The translations under genes and the position numbers were made by a program. Positions 9,923-17,891 of a stretch of 32,000 nt of DNA are shown one piece after another (the stretch's first letter is position 1; each line of letters opens with the position of its first letter). A model generated the notes under the pieces. The model saw nothing but the letters and a program-made list of their open reading frames with translations, ran no database searches and was not told the origin of the DNA. Origin of the DNA: Demequinaceae bacterium (lineage in GTDB: Bacteria; Actinomycetota; Actinomycetes; Actinomycetales; Demequinaceae); contig OZ252279.1 of assembly GCA_965250005.1 (NCBI GenBank), forward strand, positions 960,001 through 992,000, written 5' to 3'.

Positions 9923-10312
9923 CTATCGGGGCGCGTCGCCAAGTTTGGCCTGTTCGCGCTTGGGAAGCGACGCACGAACCAGCATGTACGCCGTCTCGAT
10001 GAATTCCTCGGTTAGGTCCCGCGGAACATCCGAACCGTCCAGCGCCACCGAGATCCACAGCCGCTTGTTCGCGTAGTAGCCCGGCGTGACGGCCTCGTAC
10101 TGCTGGGCGAGCGCCGCGTTGTCCTCTGGGTCGCCCTTGATGGTGAGGAGCCGCGCCCCGCTGGGGTGGTAGTTCACCCGGCCAAAGTGCTTACCCAGCA
10201 CCTGAAAGGTCTCACAGGACCACTCGGGCTTGAGGACTACCGCTGCGCCGGGCAGGGCCTCGACGAACGCGCGCATCCACGGGACCACATCGGCTATCGC
10301 CTGATCAGTCAC
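9923..10312 (-). CDS. MmcQ/YjbR-family DNA-binding protein
   Basis: 129 aa. Family-typical segments are FQVLGKHFGRV, TIKGDPEDNAAL, TPGYYANKRLWISVALDG and LVRASLPKREQAKL. The stop lies 9 nt upstream of the argS start. Confidence 0.7.
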   Translation of the reverse strand: MTDQAIADVVPWMRAFVEALPGAAVVLKPEWSCETFQVLGKHFGRVNYHPSGARLLTIKGDPEDNAALAQQYEAVTPGYYANKRLWISVALDGSDVPRDLTEEFIETAYMLVRASLPKREQAKLGDAPR

Positions 10313-10321
10313 CCCTGCAGT

Positions 10322-10711
10322 CTATGCGTCAGATGTGACACGCAGAAACTGCACCTCGCACTGGACCGGCCAGGATTCCCGGCAAGCGCCGGTCCACACG
10401 TGGACCGTGGCCCCGTCCTTGAGGTCTTGCTCGCCGATGCGGTTCAGGTCATTGTCGACAATGCGCGACTTGTCGCTGAAGTAGAGGGTGGCGTCTTCGT
10501 AATAGGTCAGCTCGACGCTGTCGACCGTGAGTTGGTACTGACGCCCGGCGAGGTCGTCGGTCGGGCTGTCTGTAGCCTCGTAGACGCGCAGAGTGCCGTC
10601 GGCGTCCCACATGGTGTTCGGAAGTTCGACCCTGCTCGGCCCGCACGCCGCGAGCACAAGTATGGCACCGGCAACGGCCGCGCCAGCTTTCGCCAGATTC
10701 ATAGTCCTCAC
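10322..10711 (-). CDS. Putative lipoprotein (unknown function)
   Basis: 129 aa with a signal peptide and lipobox (AGAILVLAAC-G). Confidence 0.6.
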   Translation of the reverse strand: MRTMNLAKAGAAVAGAILVLAACGPSRVELPNTMWDADGTLRVYEATDSPTDDLAGRQYQLTVDSVELTYYEDATLYFSDKSRIVDNDLNRIGEQDLKDGATVHVWTGACRESWPVQCEVQFLRVTSDA

Positions 10712-10783
10712 GCTAACTCAACGACCCACGAGACCATACCGTTGGGCTGGTAGTCTCGACTGCCGCGGGGAAACCCGCACACC

Positions 10784-10856
10784 GCCCTCGTAGCTCAGCG
10801 GATAGAGCACCGGTTTCCGGTACCGAAGGTCGCAGGTTCGATTCCTGTCGAGGGCA
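10784..10856 (+). tRNA. tRNA-Arg (anticodon CCG)
   Basis: A 73-nt cloverleaf folded by hand. Acceptor gccctcg/cgagggc, D-arm gctc-agcggata-gagc, anticodon stem ccggt/accga (one C-A mismatch) with loop tt-CCG-gt, T-arm gcagg-ttcgatt-cctgt, discriminator A. CCA is not encoded. Confidence 0.9.
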
Positions 10857-11327
10857 CTACCGGCCACTGATTTCCGGCCGGCCCCACGAGCCACCGTCGT
10901 ACGTCTGGAACTGGCATTGAGCGGTTCCCGCATAGCCAATTTCCCACACCACCCAGAACGTCTCCAAGAGCGACTCTCGTTCAACGGCGTACCCCCTATC
11001 GATCTCGTCTCGGTCAACCTCGGAGATCTCATCCATATCGATAAAGTCGCCGTAGCCCAACTCTGCCCGTTTACGGTTGTACGCAGGCCACTGATGTGTC
11101 GAGTACACGTGCACCGCCGTAAGCAGGCCATTGGGAATCGACCCTTCCGTGCGCGCGGCGTAATCATTGCACGCCTCAAACGCCTCGCGCTGGCTAGTGG
11201 TCAACGTGCCTCCCGCGAAAGCGTTCGGGAGCACCAGCAAGCCCATTCCGAGCACCACAAAGATCAGCGCTCGGGTGACGTCTGAAAGGATCACTCTCTC
11301 GACGGCAACCCGGCTGAGCTTGGACAC
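10857..11327 (-). CDS. Hypothetical membrane-anchored/secreted protein
   Basis: 156-aa ORF with a GTG start and an N-terminal hydrophobic segment (ALIFVVLGMGLLVLPNAFA). I recognise no family. Its stop codon directly abuts the tRNA 3' end, and by eye it is AT-richer than its neighbours. Confidence 0.5.
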   Translation of the reverse strand: MSKLSRVAVERVILSDVTRALIFVVLGMGLLVLPNAFAGGTLTTSQREAFEACNDYAARTEGSIPNGLLTAVHVYSTHQWPAYNRKRAELGYGDFIDMDEISEVDRDEIDRGYAVERESLLETFWVVWEIGYAGTAQCQFQTYDGGSWGRPEISGR

Positions 11328-11511
11328 TCGCTAGATTCCGGCCACGGCGTGCAGGCGCGCACATACGTCGGCGCGGTCCCGAAATGTACCGTGACGCGAT
11401 TCGCTTGCCGAGACACTGCGGTCCTCAATCGTGCCCTGCTTCATTGCCTGCTCCGGTGCCTAGGTTCACTTCTCAACCTACGTCACGGCTCATGCAGGGG
11501 AAACCCGTAGC

Positions 11512-12330
11512 ATGACAACTATGGGCACGCCCGTGGATTTGCGAACCGAGCAGCGGCTCGGGTTAGCGCTCGGTGGCGGCGGCGCTCTGGGTGCCGCTCA
11601 CGTTGGCGTACTGCAGGTCCTGCGCGAGCGCGGCATTACGCCGTCGATTGTCGCGGGTACTTCTGCGGGGGCCGTCATCGGCGCTGCGTACGCTGCGCGG
11701 TTCGACCCTTACGAGTTGGAGAGCTTGGTACTGCGCGCCGAGTGGGGAACCTTCGGCGCTGTCTCCATGATCCCCGGGCTGGGCGTGCTCGACACGGTCG
11801 GCCTGCGCAAAACCATCGACCACGTCGGCGGTGGCGACCGGAACATCGAGGACCTTCCAATCCGCTACGCGGCCGTTGCTACGGACGTCGCCTCCCACGC
11901 GGCCGTCGTGCTCGACGCTGGCAGCGTCGTGGACGCCATGTGCGCATCGATAGCGGTGCCCGGAATATTTCGCCCCAAAAAACATCGCGGCCTCCTCATG
12001 GTCGACGGTGGGATGGTCCAGAACCTTCCGCTCGAGACCGCCTTCGGCATGGGAGCGGACCACGTGATCGGGGTGCGGCTGGCTCCGGAGTGGGACGGGC
12101 TCCCGCAGGTGCAGACTTCTGCTCACGTCCACGAGCTCGAGATTGGCAATGACGTCACCCTGATTCACCCTCTGGTTGGCGCGCGCTCGCAGTGGCAGGG
12201 GCGCGACATCCCCGGCCTTATCGCGCTCGGTCGCGAGGCGGCCGAACGCGCGCTCGGCACCTATCCCGTCGTGAAACCACGGCCCGCGGAACACCGCGTC
12301 GCAGACGCGGCGGACGCGGCCACGCCCTAG
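11512..12330 (+). CDS. Patatin-like phospholipase family protein
   Basis: 272 aa. Oxyanion motif GGGGALGAAHVG, nucleophile elbow G-T-S-A-G, and catalytic Asp in MVDGGMVQNLP. Confidence 0.85.
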   Translation: MTTMGTPVDLRTEQRLGLALGGGGALGAAHVGVLQVLRERGITPSIVAGTSAGAVIGAAYAARFDPYELESLVLRAEWGTFGAVSMIPGLGVLDTVGLRKTIDHVGGGDRNIEDLPIRYAAVATDVASHAAVVLDAGSVVDAMCASIAVPGIFRPKKHRGLLMVDGGMVQNLPLETAFGMGADHVIGVRLAPEWDGLPQVQTSAHVHELEIGNDVTLIHPLVGARSQWQGRDIPGLIALGREAAERALGTYPVVKPRPAEHRVADAADAATP

Positions 12331-13418
12331 CCTGCCGGCAGCTCTGGGAACGCTTCGATCGCCGCCGCGTGCCGCAACTTGCCTCCTGCTGAGGACAAGC
12401 CTGCAGCGAGCGCTGAGTCACGGGCGCAAGCGTCCTCCCAGCCGGAATCGGCCAACGCGAGGGCGTAGTCGAACGTCGCATTGGTGAGCGCCTGCGTGGA
12501 CGTGCCCGCAACGGCTCCCGGCATGTTTGTGACGCAGTAGAAAATCGCCTGCTCCACCGGGAAGACGGGCGCGTCATGGGTGGTGGGCCGCGAGTCCTCG
12601 AAGCAGCCGCCCTGGTCGATCGCGATATCCACCAACACCGACCCCGGTCGCATGCGCGCGACCGTGTCGTGACTAACGATCTTGGGGGCGGGCCGGCCAG
12701 GGACCAGGACCGCACCAATTACAAGGTCCGCGCCCACCACTGCGCTGTCCACGGACTCCGATGTGGACAGGACGGTAGTAACTGTGCCGTCATAGACCGC
12801 GCCGACCGCCTCCAGGCGCGGCTCCGACAGATCGAGCACAGTGACGTCCGCGCCCATTGCGACCGCTTGGGCGATAGCGTTGGTCCCCGCGACTCCGGCG
12901 CCAAGCACCGTCACCGCTACCGGGCTGACCCCCGTCATTCCCGATAGCAACAGCCCGCGCCCGCCCTGCGACCCGAGCAGTTGGTAGGCGCCAGCGAGTA
13001 CGGCCAGCCGGCCGGCGACCTCGCTCATAGGCTTCAGCAGGGGAAGCGAGCCGTCCGACAACTGGACTGTGTCGTACGAGATCGCGGTAGCTCCAGAGTC
13101 CACCAGGGCTTCCGCGAGCGCACGGTTCGCGGCCAGGTGCAAAAACGTGAACAAAGTGAGGTCCGCGCGCAGCCGCCCGAACTCATGAGGAACCGGCTCC
13201 TTGACCTTCAGGACCATCTCGGCGCCCCACGCATCGTCGACGGTGCCCATGACAGCACCGGCGGCCTTGTATGCCGCATCGGGGAATCCGGCTCCTGCAC
13301 CAGCGCCCGCTTGGACGGTCACACGATGACCCCCGGTAACCAGTTTTTTGGCGCCCTCCGGAGTGAGCGAGACTCGGGCTTCGCGGTTCTTAACCTCCGC
13401 TGGGACTCCTACATGCAT
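12327..13418 (-). CDS. ald: Alanine dehydrogenase
   Basis: 363 aa with SD GGGAGG 5 nt upstream of the ATG. Motifs: MHVGVPAEVKNREARVSLTP, LKVKEP, NAD-binding VLGAGVAGTNA, and FYCVTNMPGAV. Confidence 0.88.
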   Translation of the reverse strand: MHVGVPAEVKNREARVSLTPEGAKKLVTGGHRVTVQAGAGAGAGFPDAAYKAAGAVMGTVDDAWGAEMVLKVKEPVPHEFGRLRADLTLFTFLHLAANRALAEALVDSGATAISYDTVQLSDGSLPLLKPMSEVAGRLAVLAGAYQLLGSQGGRGLLLSGMTGVSPVAVTVLGAGVAGTNAIAQAVAMGADVTVLDLSEPRLEAVGAVYDGTVTTVLSTSESVDSAVVGADLVIGAVLVPGRPAPKIVSHDTVARMRPGSVLVDIAIDQGGCFEDSRPTTHDAPVFPVEQAIFYCVTNMPGAVAGTSTQALTNATFDYALALADSGWEDACARDSALAAGLSSAGGKLRHAAAIEAFPELPAG

Positions 13419-13633
13419 TTGTGCCTCCCGACCGATCTGCCCTCTCCTCTATTGTCGTCCTCGCCCGCAAAATGCACACCCCCTGAGTTCCGGGTGCCCA
13501 GCCTGCATGGGGGACCTCCCCGAGGAAAAGTTCAGGGTGCGTCTCATCCCCGCGCGGGATGCTCAGTCTGCGCCTGCGGCGATACCTTCGAACCAAGCTC
13601 GTACGTGGGCCAAAATGGACTCAAGGAGAAATC

Positions 13634-14284
13634 ATGAATCGCATATATGCCGCCACCGCCGTTGCCGCCGCGGCACTCGCCATCAGCGGCTGCGGCATCT
13701 CGGGCATTCCGCTCGACGGTGACACTTCAACCGAAATCCGTTCAGTCGACGCCTTCGATTCGATCGAGCTCCGGGGCGCTGCCGAGGTGGTCGTCGTCGT
13801 CGGCGGCCCGCAGACCATCGAGATCGTCGCTGACACTGCTGTCCAGAAGTACGTCAAGACGACTGTTAGCGACGGCGAACTGGTCATCGACACTGATTAT
13901 GGATGGCGCTGGGGCGACATCGACGTGGACGTTCGCATTTCTGTGCCGTCGCTCGACTCGTTCGACCTCAAGGGGGCAGGAAACATTGTCATCCGCGGAA
14001 TCAACAGCAATAGGTTCTCCTTTACACTTGCGGGCGCAGGAGACATCGACATTGCTGGCAAGGCCGTAGACGTCACGATCAACCTGGCGGGCGCCGGCGG
14101 CATCGACGCCTACGACCTGATAGCCGAAGATGTGGTTGCCAAGTTGTCGGGAGCCGGTCAGATTTCGGTCACCGCGACGGACACGCTCGACGCAACGCTC
14201 AGCGGCCTGGGCGGCATCGACTACGACGGCGACCCTGAAGTAACCTCCAGGGTTTCAGGCGTCGGATCCATCGATCCCAGGTAG
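13634..14284 (+). CDS. Lipoprotein with DUF2807 / head-GIN beta-helix repeats
   Basis: 216 aa from the ATG at 13634 (SD AAGGAGA). Lipobox in AALAISGC-G. Repeated G-A/S-G-x-I/V rungs (LKGAGNIVI, LAGAGDIDI, LAGAGGIDA, LSGAGQISV, LSGLGGIDY). The upstream 25 codons in the ORF track were rejected. Confidence 0.75.
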   Translation: MNRIYAATAVAAAALAISGCGISGIPLDGDTSTEIRSVDAFDSIELRGAAEVVVVVGGPQTIEIVADTAVQKYVKTTVSDGELVIDTDYGWRWGDIDVDVRISVPSLDSFDLKGAGNIVIRGINSNRFSFTLAGAGDIDIAGKAVDVTINLAGAGGIDAYDLIAEDVVAKLSGAGQISVTATDTLDATLSGLGGIDYDGDPEVTSRVSGVGSIDPR

Positions 14285-14384
14285 AGCCAGCGGCGCGCAG
14301 GCAAAACTGGACTCGGGGATTTGAACCGAGACGAAGAGACCTATCCAGCGGGCTTCGCGAAAGTCGCCAACATAGAAGAGAGAA

Positions 14385-15314
14385 CTATGGCGCTGTGGTG
14401 GCCGTTGGCTCGGGCTCGGCTGCGGCGGCCACCGCAGCCGCTTCGGCTTCTGCCGCTGCGGCGTCCGCGGCTTCCCGCGCAGCAAGGGTCGCGTCGATAG
14501 ATTCGTCGCTCACGTACCAGCCGATCTGGTCCGTACCCGGCGTGTATTCCCAGTGCCACGGCTCGTACTTGGTGGTCTGCGCCCAACGCGGGTTGTCCCA
14601 TCCGAAAGCAGGCGCGTTTGCGCGGAGCCAACTGTACGACTCGCCCCGGTCCTGGCCGCGGCACAGATCGATCGCCAGCCCCCAGCCGTGGTACGACTTG
14701 CCTGGAGGCGCCGCCTTCCAGCCTTTGGACGCCTTGATCCGAACCTGGTCGCCGTACGAACGGTAGCCGGAAATCAAACACAGGCGAGTGCCAAAGCGAA
14801 GCTTGTACTGATGATCGAGTTCGGCGAGCGCAACCGCGGCATCAGAGCGCACGTAGATGTCTTTCTTCCACAGCCTGCACAGCGAGTCGTTGGTGAGGTT
14901 ACCGTTGGTCCCCTCCCAAAATGTCGATCCGTCACAACTGGGAAGTCGAGTAGAGACCACGTACTCGGAAGATGTGGCGATGGCTCGCGCACTGTCATCA
15001 ATTGACGGCAGCGGCAGTTCGACAGCTACCAGCTGCGGCCCCTGTCCCGTGACTACGTCGATCATGGGAGGAGTGTCTCCGAGGACAACCCCTGGAACCG
15101 CCTCGAGGGCGACGATGGTTGGCGACAGCGTCCCCATGACGGGATATACGACCATGGAAAGCACAAAGCCAATGAGGATTCCACCGCGGGTCACAAACTG
15201 ACGTCGCATGTGCGTAGACCGGATCGCGATTTCTTGGGTTACTTCTTCCCTGCGACCCTTGCGATTTCCGTAATGCTGCCCGAACTGCTCGGGTAGCGAC
15301 GGATGCGGGTTCAC
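14385..15314 (-). CDS. M15-family D-alanyl-D-alanine carboxypeptidase (VanY-like), membrane-anchored
   Basis: Motifs SGYRSYGDQ, SYHGWGLAIDL and EPWHWEY, with TM helix GGILIGFVLSMVVYPV and an Ala/Glu-rich C-terminal tail. The start is ambiguous. The GTG at 15314 has GGAGG 4 nt upstream; the ATG at 15209 (MRRQFVTRGG...) has no SD but gives a classical signal-anchor N-terminus. The longer track ORF (to 15536) overlaps the upstream gene and was rejected. Confidence 0.8.
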   Translation of the reverse strand: MNPHPSLPEQFGQHYGNRKGRREEVTQEIAIRSTHMRRQFVTRGGILIGFVLSMVVYPVMGTLSPTIVALEAVPGVVLGDTPPMIDVVTGQGPQLVAVELPLPSIDDSARAIATSSEYVVSTRLPSCDGSTFWEGTNGNLTNDSLCRLWKKDIYVRSDAAVALAELDHQYKLRFGTRLCLISGYRSYGDQVRIKASKGWKAAPPGKSYHGWGLAIDLCRGQDRGESYSWLRANAPAFGWDNPRWAQTTKYEPWHWEYTPGTDQIGWYVSDESIDATLAAREAADAAAAEAEAAAVAAAAEPEPTATTAP

Positions 15315-15426
15315 AAGGCCTCCAAGCAGGCTAATAGGGTCGCGCTTCCAACGCACGACGCAGCGACTGTGCTCCCATGTTAACGGACAGACAAAGTGGG
15401 CGCCACTGAGCCGCGGGCGTCGACCC

Positions 15427-16458
15427 CTACAACTCGCCCTGCATCGCGTCCTGCACCTCGCCGACCAGCTCCTCGATGATGTCCTCAAGGAACACGACAC
15501 CCACCGCTTGACCGCCCTGCTGCGCCGTCGCCACATGTGCCCCCGATTGGCGCATACGCGCTAGCACGGTCTCGACTTCGGCATCCACAGGAACTGGGGG
15601 GAGCGCGCGCACCCGCCACCCGTGAACGGGCTCCTCGTGCTCGCCGGGACGCGCATAAAGCACATCCTTGATGTGTAGGTATCCGACGTATCGCTCTCCG
15701 TCGCGTACGGGAAGCCGCGAGAACCCCGTCTCCGCGACAACCGCCTCAAACTGCGCGACCGTCACCCCCATGGGCACGGCACGCACGCTTTCAAGCGGCA
15801 CCATGACGTCGCCGGCCGTGCGATCGGAAAACTCGATCGCTCCGGTGAGGAGGCCTTGCACATCTTCGAGCGTGCCCTCCTCGCTCGAACGTTCGACGAT
15901 GCTATGCACCTCATCAGCGGTAAAGGCGCTGGTGATTTCGTCACGCGGAACAACGCCGAGCGCGCGGACTACCAGGTTCGCGATCCAATTCAGCAGCGCG
16001 ATGAGCGGCCGCACCACGCGAGCAATCGCCACGAGAGGCGGGCCCAGGACCAGCGCGGCTCGATCGGGACTGGATACTGCCGCGTTCTTGGGGACCATCT
16101 CACCCACAATCACGTGAAGGCCGACCACGATGACCAGTGCGATGGTGACCGCCACGGCGTTCGCGACCCCTGCCGGAAATCCGAGTGCGGCTGCCGCAGG
16201 CTCAAGAGCGTGTGCGATCGCGGGCTCCGCAACAACACCGAGCGAGACCGAGCACACCGTGATGCCCAGTTGGGCGCAAGCAAGCATGAGCGAGACGTTT
16301 TCCATGGCCCACAGCACCGTACGCGCTGCACGGCTCCCGGCCTCGGCTCGCGGCTCGATAGAACTCCGCCTGGCAGAGATAATAGCGAATTCCGCGCCAA
16401 CGAAGAAGGCGTTGCCAAGCAGCAGCCCGATCGTGGAAGCAGCGAGTCCAACGTTCAC
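15427..16458 (-). CDS. CNNM/DUF21 + CBS-pair transporter (HlyC/CorC family), short paralog without the CorC_HlyC C-terminal domain
   Basis: 343 aa from the GTG at 16458 (SD GGAGGA 6 nt upstream), with a GTGA overlap onto the upstream gene's stop. DUF21 motif FFVGAEFAIISARRS, followed by a CBS pair. The track start at 16476 is an alternative. Confidence 0.85.
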   Translation of the reverse strand: MNVGLAASTIGLLLGNAFFVGAEFAIISARRSSIEPRAEAGSRAARTVLWAMENVSLMLACAQLGITVCSVSLGVVAEPAIAHALEPAAAALGFPAGVANAVAVTIALVIVVGLHVIVGEMVPKNAAVSSPDRAALVLGPPLVAIARVVRPLIALLNWIANLVVRALGVVPRDEITSAFTADEVHSIVERSSEEGTLEDVQGLLTGAIEFSDRTAGDVMVPLESVRAVPMGVTVAQFEAVVAETGFSRLPVRDGERYVGYLHIKDVLYARPGEHEEPVHGWRVRALPPVPVDAEVETVLARMRQSGAHVATAQQGGQAVGVVFLEDIIEELVGEVQDAMQGEL

Positions 16459-17747
16459 GACTGCTCCTCCGCCCACACGCGCACGCGCTCTACGCGTCGG
16501 CCGTCCATGCTTTCAACGCGAAGTCCTGCGCTATCGGCCAGGACCTCGTCGCCGACCTCGGCAACCCGGCCCAGGCGAGCCATGACGTATCCGCCGATCG
16601 TCTCGTACGCCGCGTCTTCAGGGATCTCAATGCCGGAAGTCTCTCGTACTTCGTCGGGCCGGAGCAGTCCGGGAACGCTCCACGCGCCGTCGGCCATACG
16701 GTAGACGTCAACGCGCCGGCGATCATGCTCGTCCGCGACCTCGCCCACGAGCTCCTCGACCACGTCCTCGAGCGTGACGAGGCCCGCCGTGCCGCCGTAC
16801 TCGTCCACCACGATCGCCATCTGCAGTCCACGCCCGCGCAGAGCTCCCAACAACGGTCGCGTGTGCATGGTCTCGGGAACTTCGGGCGCATCAACCATGA
16901 TTTCTGCCACGGCAGTCGAGTCGCGCGCCTCGAGCGGCGTTGCGATGGCCGAGTGCAAATGCACCAATCCGAGCACGTCGTCGTGAGAATTGCCGATCAC
17001 GGGAAATCGCGAGTGGCCGGTGGCGCGCGCCGCGGCGATCACCGCAGAAACGCTAGCGGGTCCTTCGATGACCTCCATCCGCGTGCGGTCGGTCATCACG
17101 TCGATGGCGGTGAGTGCATCCAACTCAATGGTGTTTTTGAGCAGGAGCGCAGTCGACGGTGCGAGCGTTCCCACCTCAGCGGAACGACGCACCAGCGCAG
17201 CCAGTTCCTGCGGTGATCGCCCACCCGCGAGCTCTTCGCGCGGCTCGATCCCGATCAACCGGAGAATCCCGTTGGCGCTCGCGTTAAGCATCGCAATGAG
17301 AGGCCGAAGAGCGGCGGTGAAGGCCGCATTCCATGGCGCCGCGTGACTCGCCGTTCGCATCGGCACGCTCAGCGCGAGGTTCTTGGGCACTAACTCGCCT
17401 ACGACCATCGAGAACACATTGATCAGGATCAAGGCAACTGCTCCCGCGACCGTGCCGACAGCGGCGCGCGCAAGCGCGGTCTGCTCGAGCGGAATGCTCA
17501 GAAGTTGGGTCACGGCCGGTTGCGCCGTGTAGCCGAGCAGGATGGTGGTGACAGTGATTCCGACTTGCGCTCCCGACAGTTGAGTGGAGAGCCGTTTGAG
17601 GGCGCGCTGAACCCGGCGCCCAGATCGCGTGGAAGCATCAACCTGCGAGGGATCGAGCGCAACCAAAGAGAACTCGGCAGCGACGAACACAGCGGTTCCG
17701 AGCGTGAGCAACACGCCAACGCCCACCATGAGCCACGCCGCGTTCAA
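16455..17747 (-). CDS. CNNM/DUF21 + CBS-pair + CorC_HlyC transporter-associated domain protein (hemolysin/CorC family)
   Basis: 430 aa. DUF21 motif FVAAEFSLVAL, a CBS pair, and a C-terminal transporter-associated domain (YETIGGYVMARLGRVAEVGDEV...VERVRV). TTG start at 17747; the ATG at 17729 is an alternative. Confidence 0.85.
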   Translation of the reverse strand: MNAAWLMVGVGVLLTLGTAVFVAAEFSLVALDPSQVDASTRSGRRVQRALKRLSTQLSGAQVGITVTTILLGYTAQPAVTQLLSIPLEQTALARAAVGTVAGAVALILINVFSMVVGELVPKNLALSVPMRTASHAAPWNAAFTAALRPLIAMLNASANGILRLIGIEPREELAGGRSPQELAALVRRSAEVGTLAPSTALLLKNTIELDALTAIDVMTDRTRMEVIEGPASVSAVIAAARATGHSRFPVIGNSHDDVLGLVHLHSAIATPLEARDSTAVAEIMVDAPEVPETMHTRPLLGALRGRGLQMAIVVDEYGGTAGLVTLEDVVEELVGEVADEHDRRRVDVYRMADGAWSVPGLLRPDEVRETSGIEIPEDAAYETIGGYVMARLGRVAEVGDEVLADSAGLRVESMDGRRVERVRVWAEEQS

Positions 17748-17846
17748 GGTGTTCGCCTTTGTGGGTCCATCGTCAGCCCAGCATACCGAGCCTCAACAAC
17801 ATCACGATTACGTAGCGAGGCTAACCAGTTGGCACGACGAGTCGCC

Positions 17847-17852
17847 TAGAAT
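17847..17852 (+). promoter_or_regulatory. Candidate -10 hexamer (TAGAAT) for kgd
   Basis: TAGAAT lies about 40 nt upstream of the kgd ATG, in an AT-richer divergent intergenic region. No convincing -35 was found at 17-nt spacing. Confidence 0.25.
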
Positions 17853-17891
17853 CGTTGAAGAATTGCATCCACATTCCAAAGTAAGTGCGCA

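Noticed and set aside
9110-10015. 301-aa plus-strand ORF antisense to argS. Similar long antisense ORFs occur at 7506-8213, 11563-12294, 15856-16704, 26525-27353 and 2770-3486.
   Set aside because: All overlap well-supported genes on the other strand and translate to Arg/Pro/Gly-rich sequences with no motifs. I treat them as GC-driven artefacts.
14301-14335. A GGTTCAAATCC (tRNA T-loop-like) motif on the minus strand between the DUF2807 gene and the M15 peptidase gene
   Set aside because: No cloverleaf can be built. The T-stem would have two mismatches, and there are no D or anticodon arms. It folds more simply as a 5-bp hairpin (ctcgg/ccgag, 14312-14330) followed by TTTT on the minus strand, which makes it a weak terminator for the M15 gene. 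A tRNA-fragment (att) origin cannot be excluded, but nothing supports it.
15210-15426. Possible ydaO (c-di-AMP) riboswitch upstream of the cell-wall M15 peptidase
   Set aside because: Only short motif-level resemblances were seen on the minus strand (GACCCUA, GUGAACC, CUACCCGA, CAGCAUUAC). The second GGGGA-type half-site and a consistent pseudo-symmetric fold are missing. Part of the region is better explained as SD (GGAGG) + GTG 15314 and coding sequence. A cmsearch with RF00379 would settle it.
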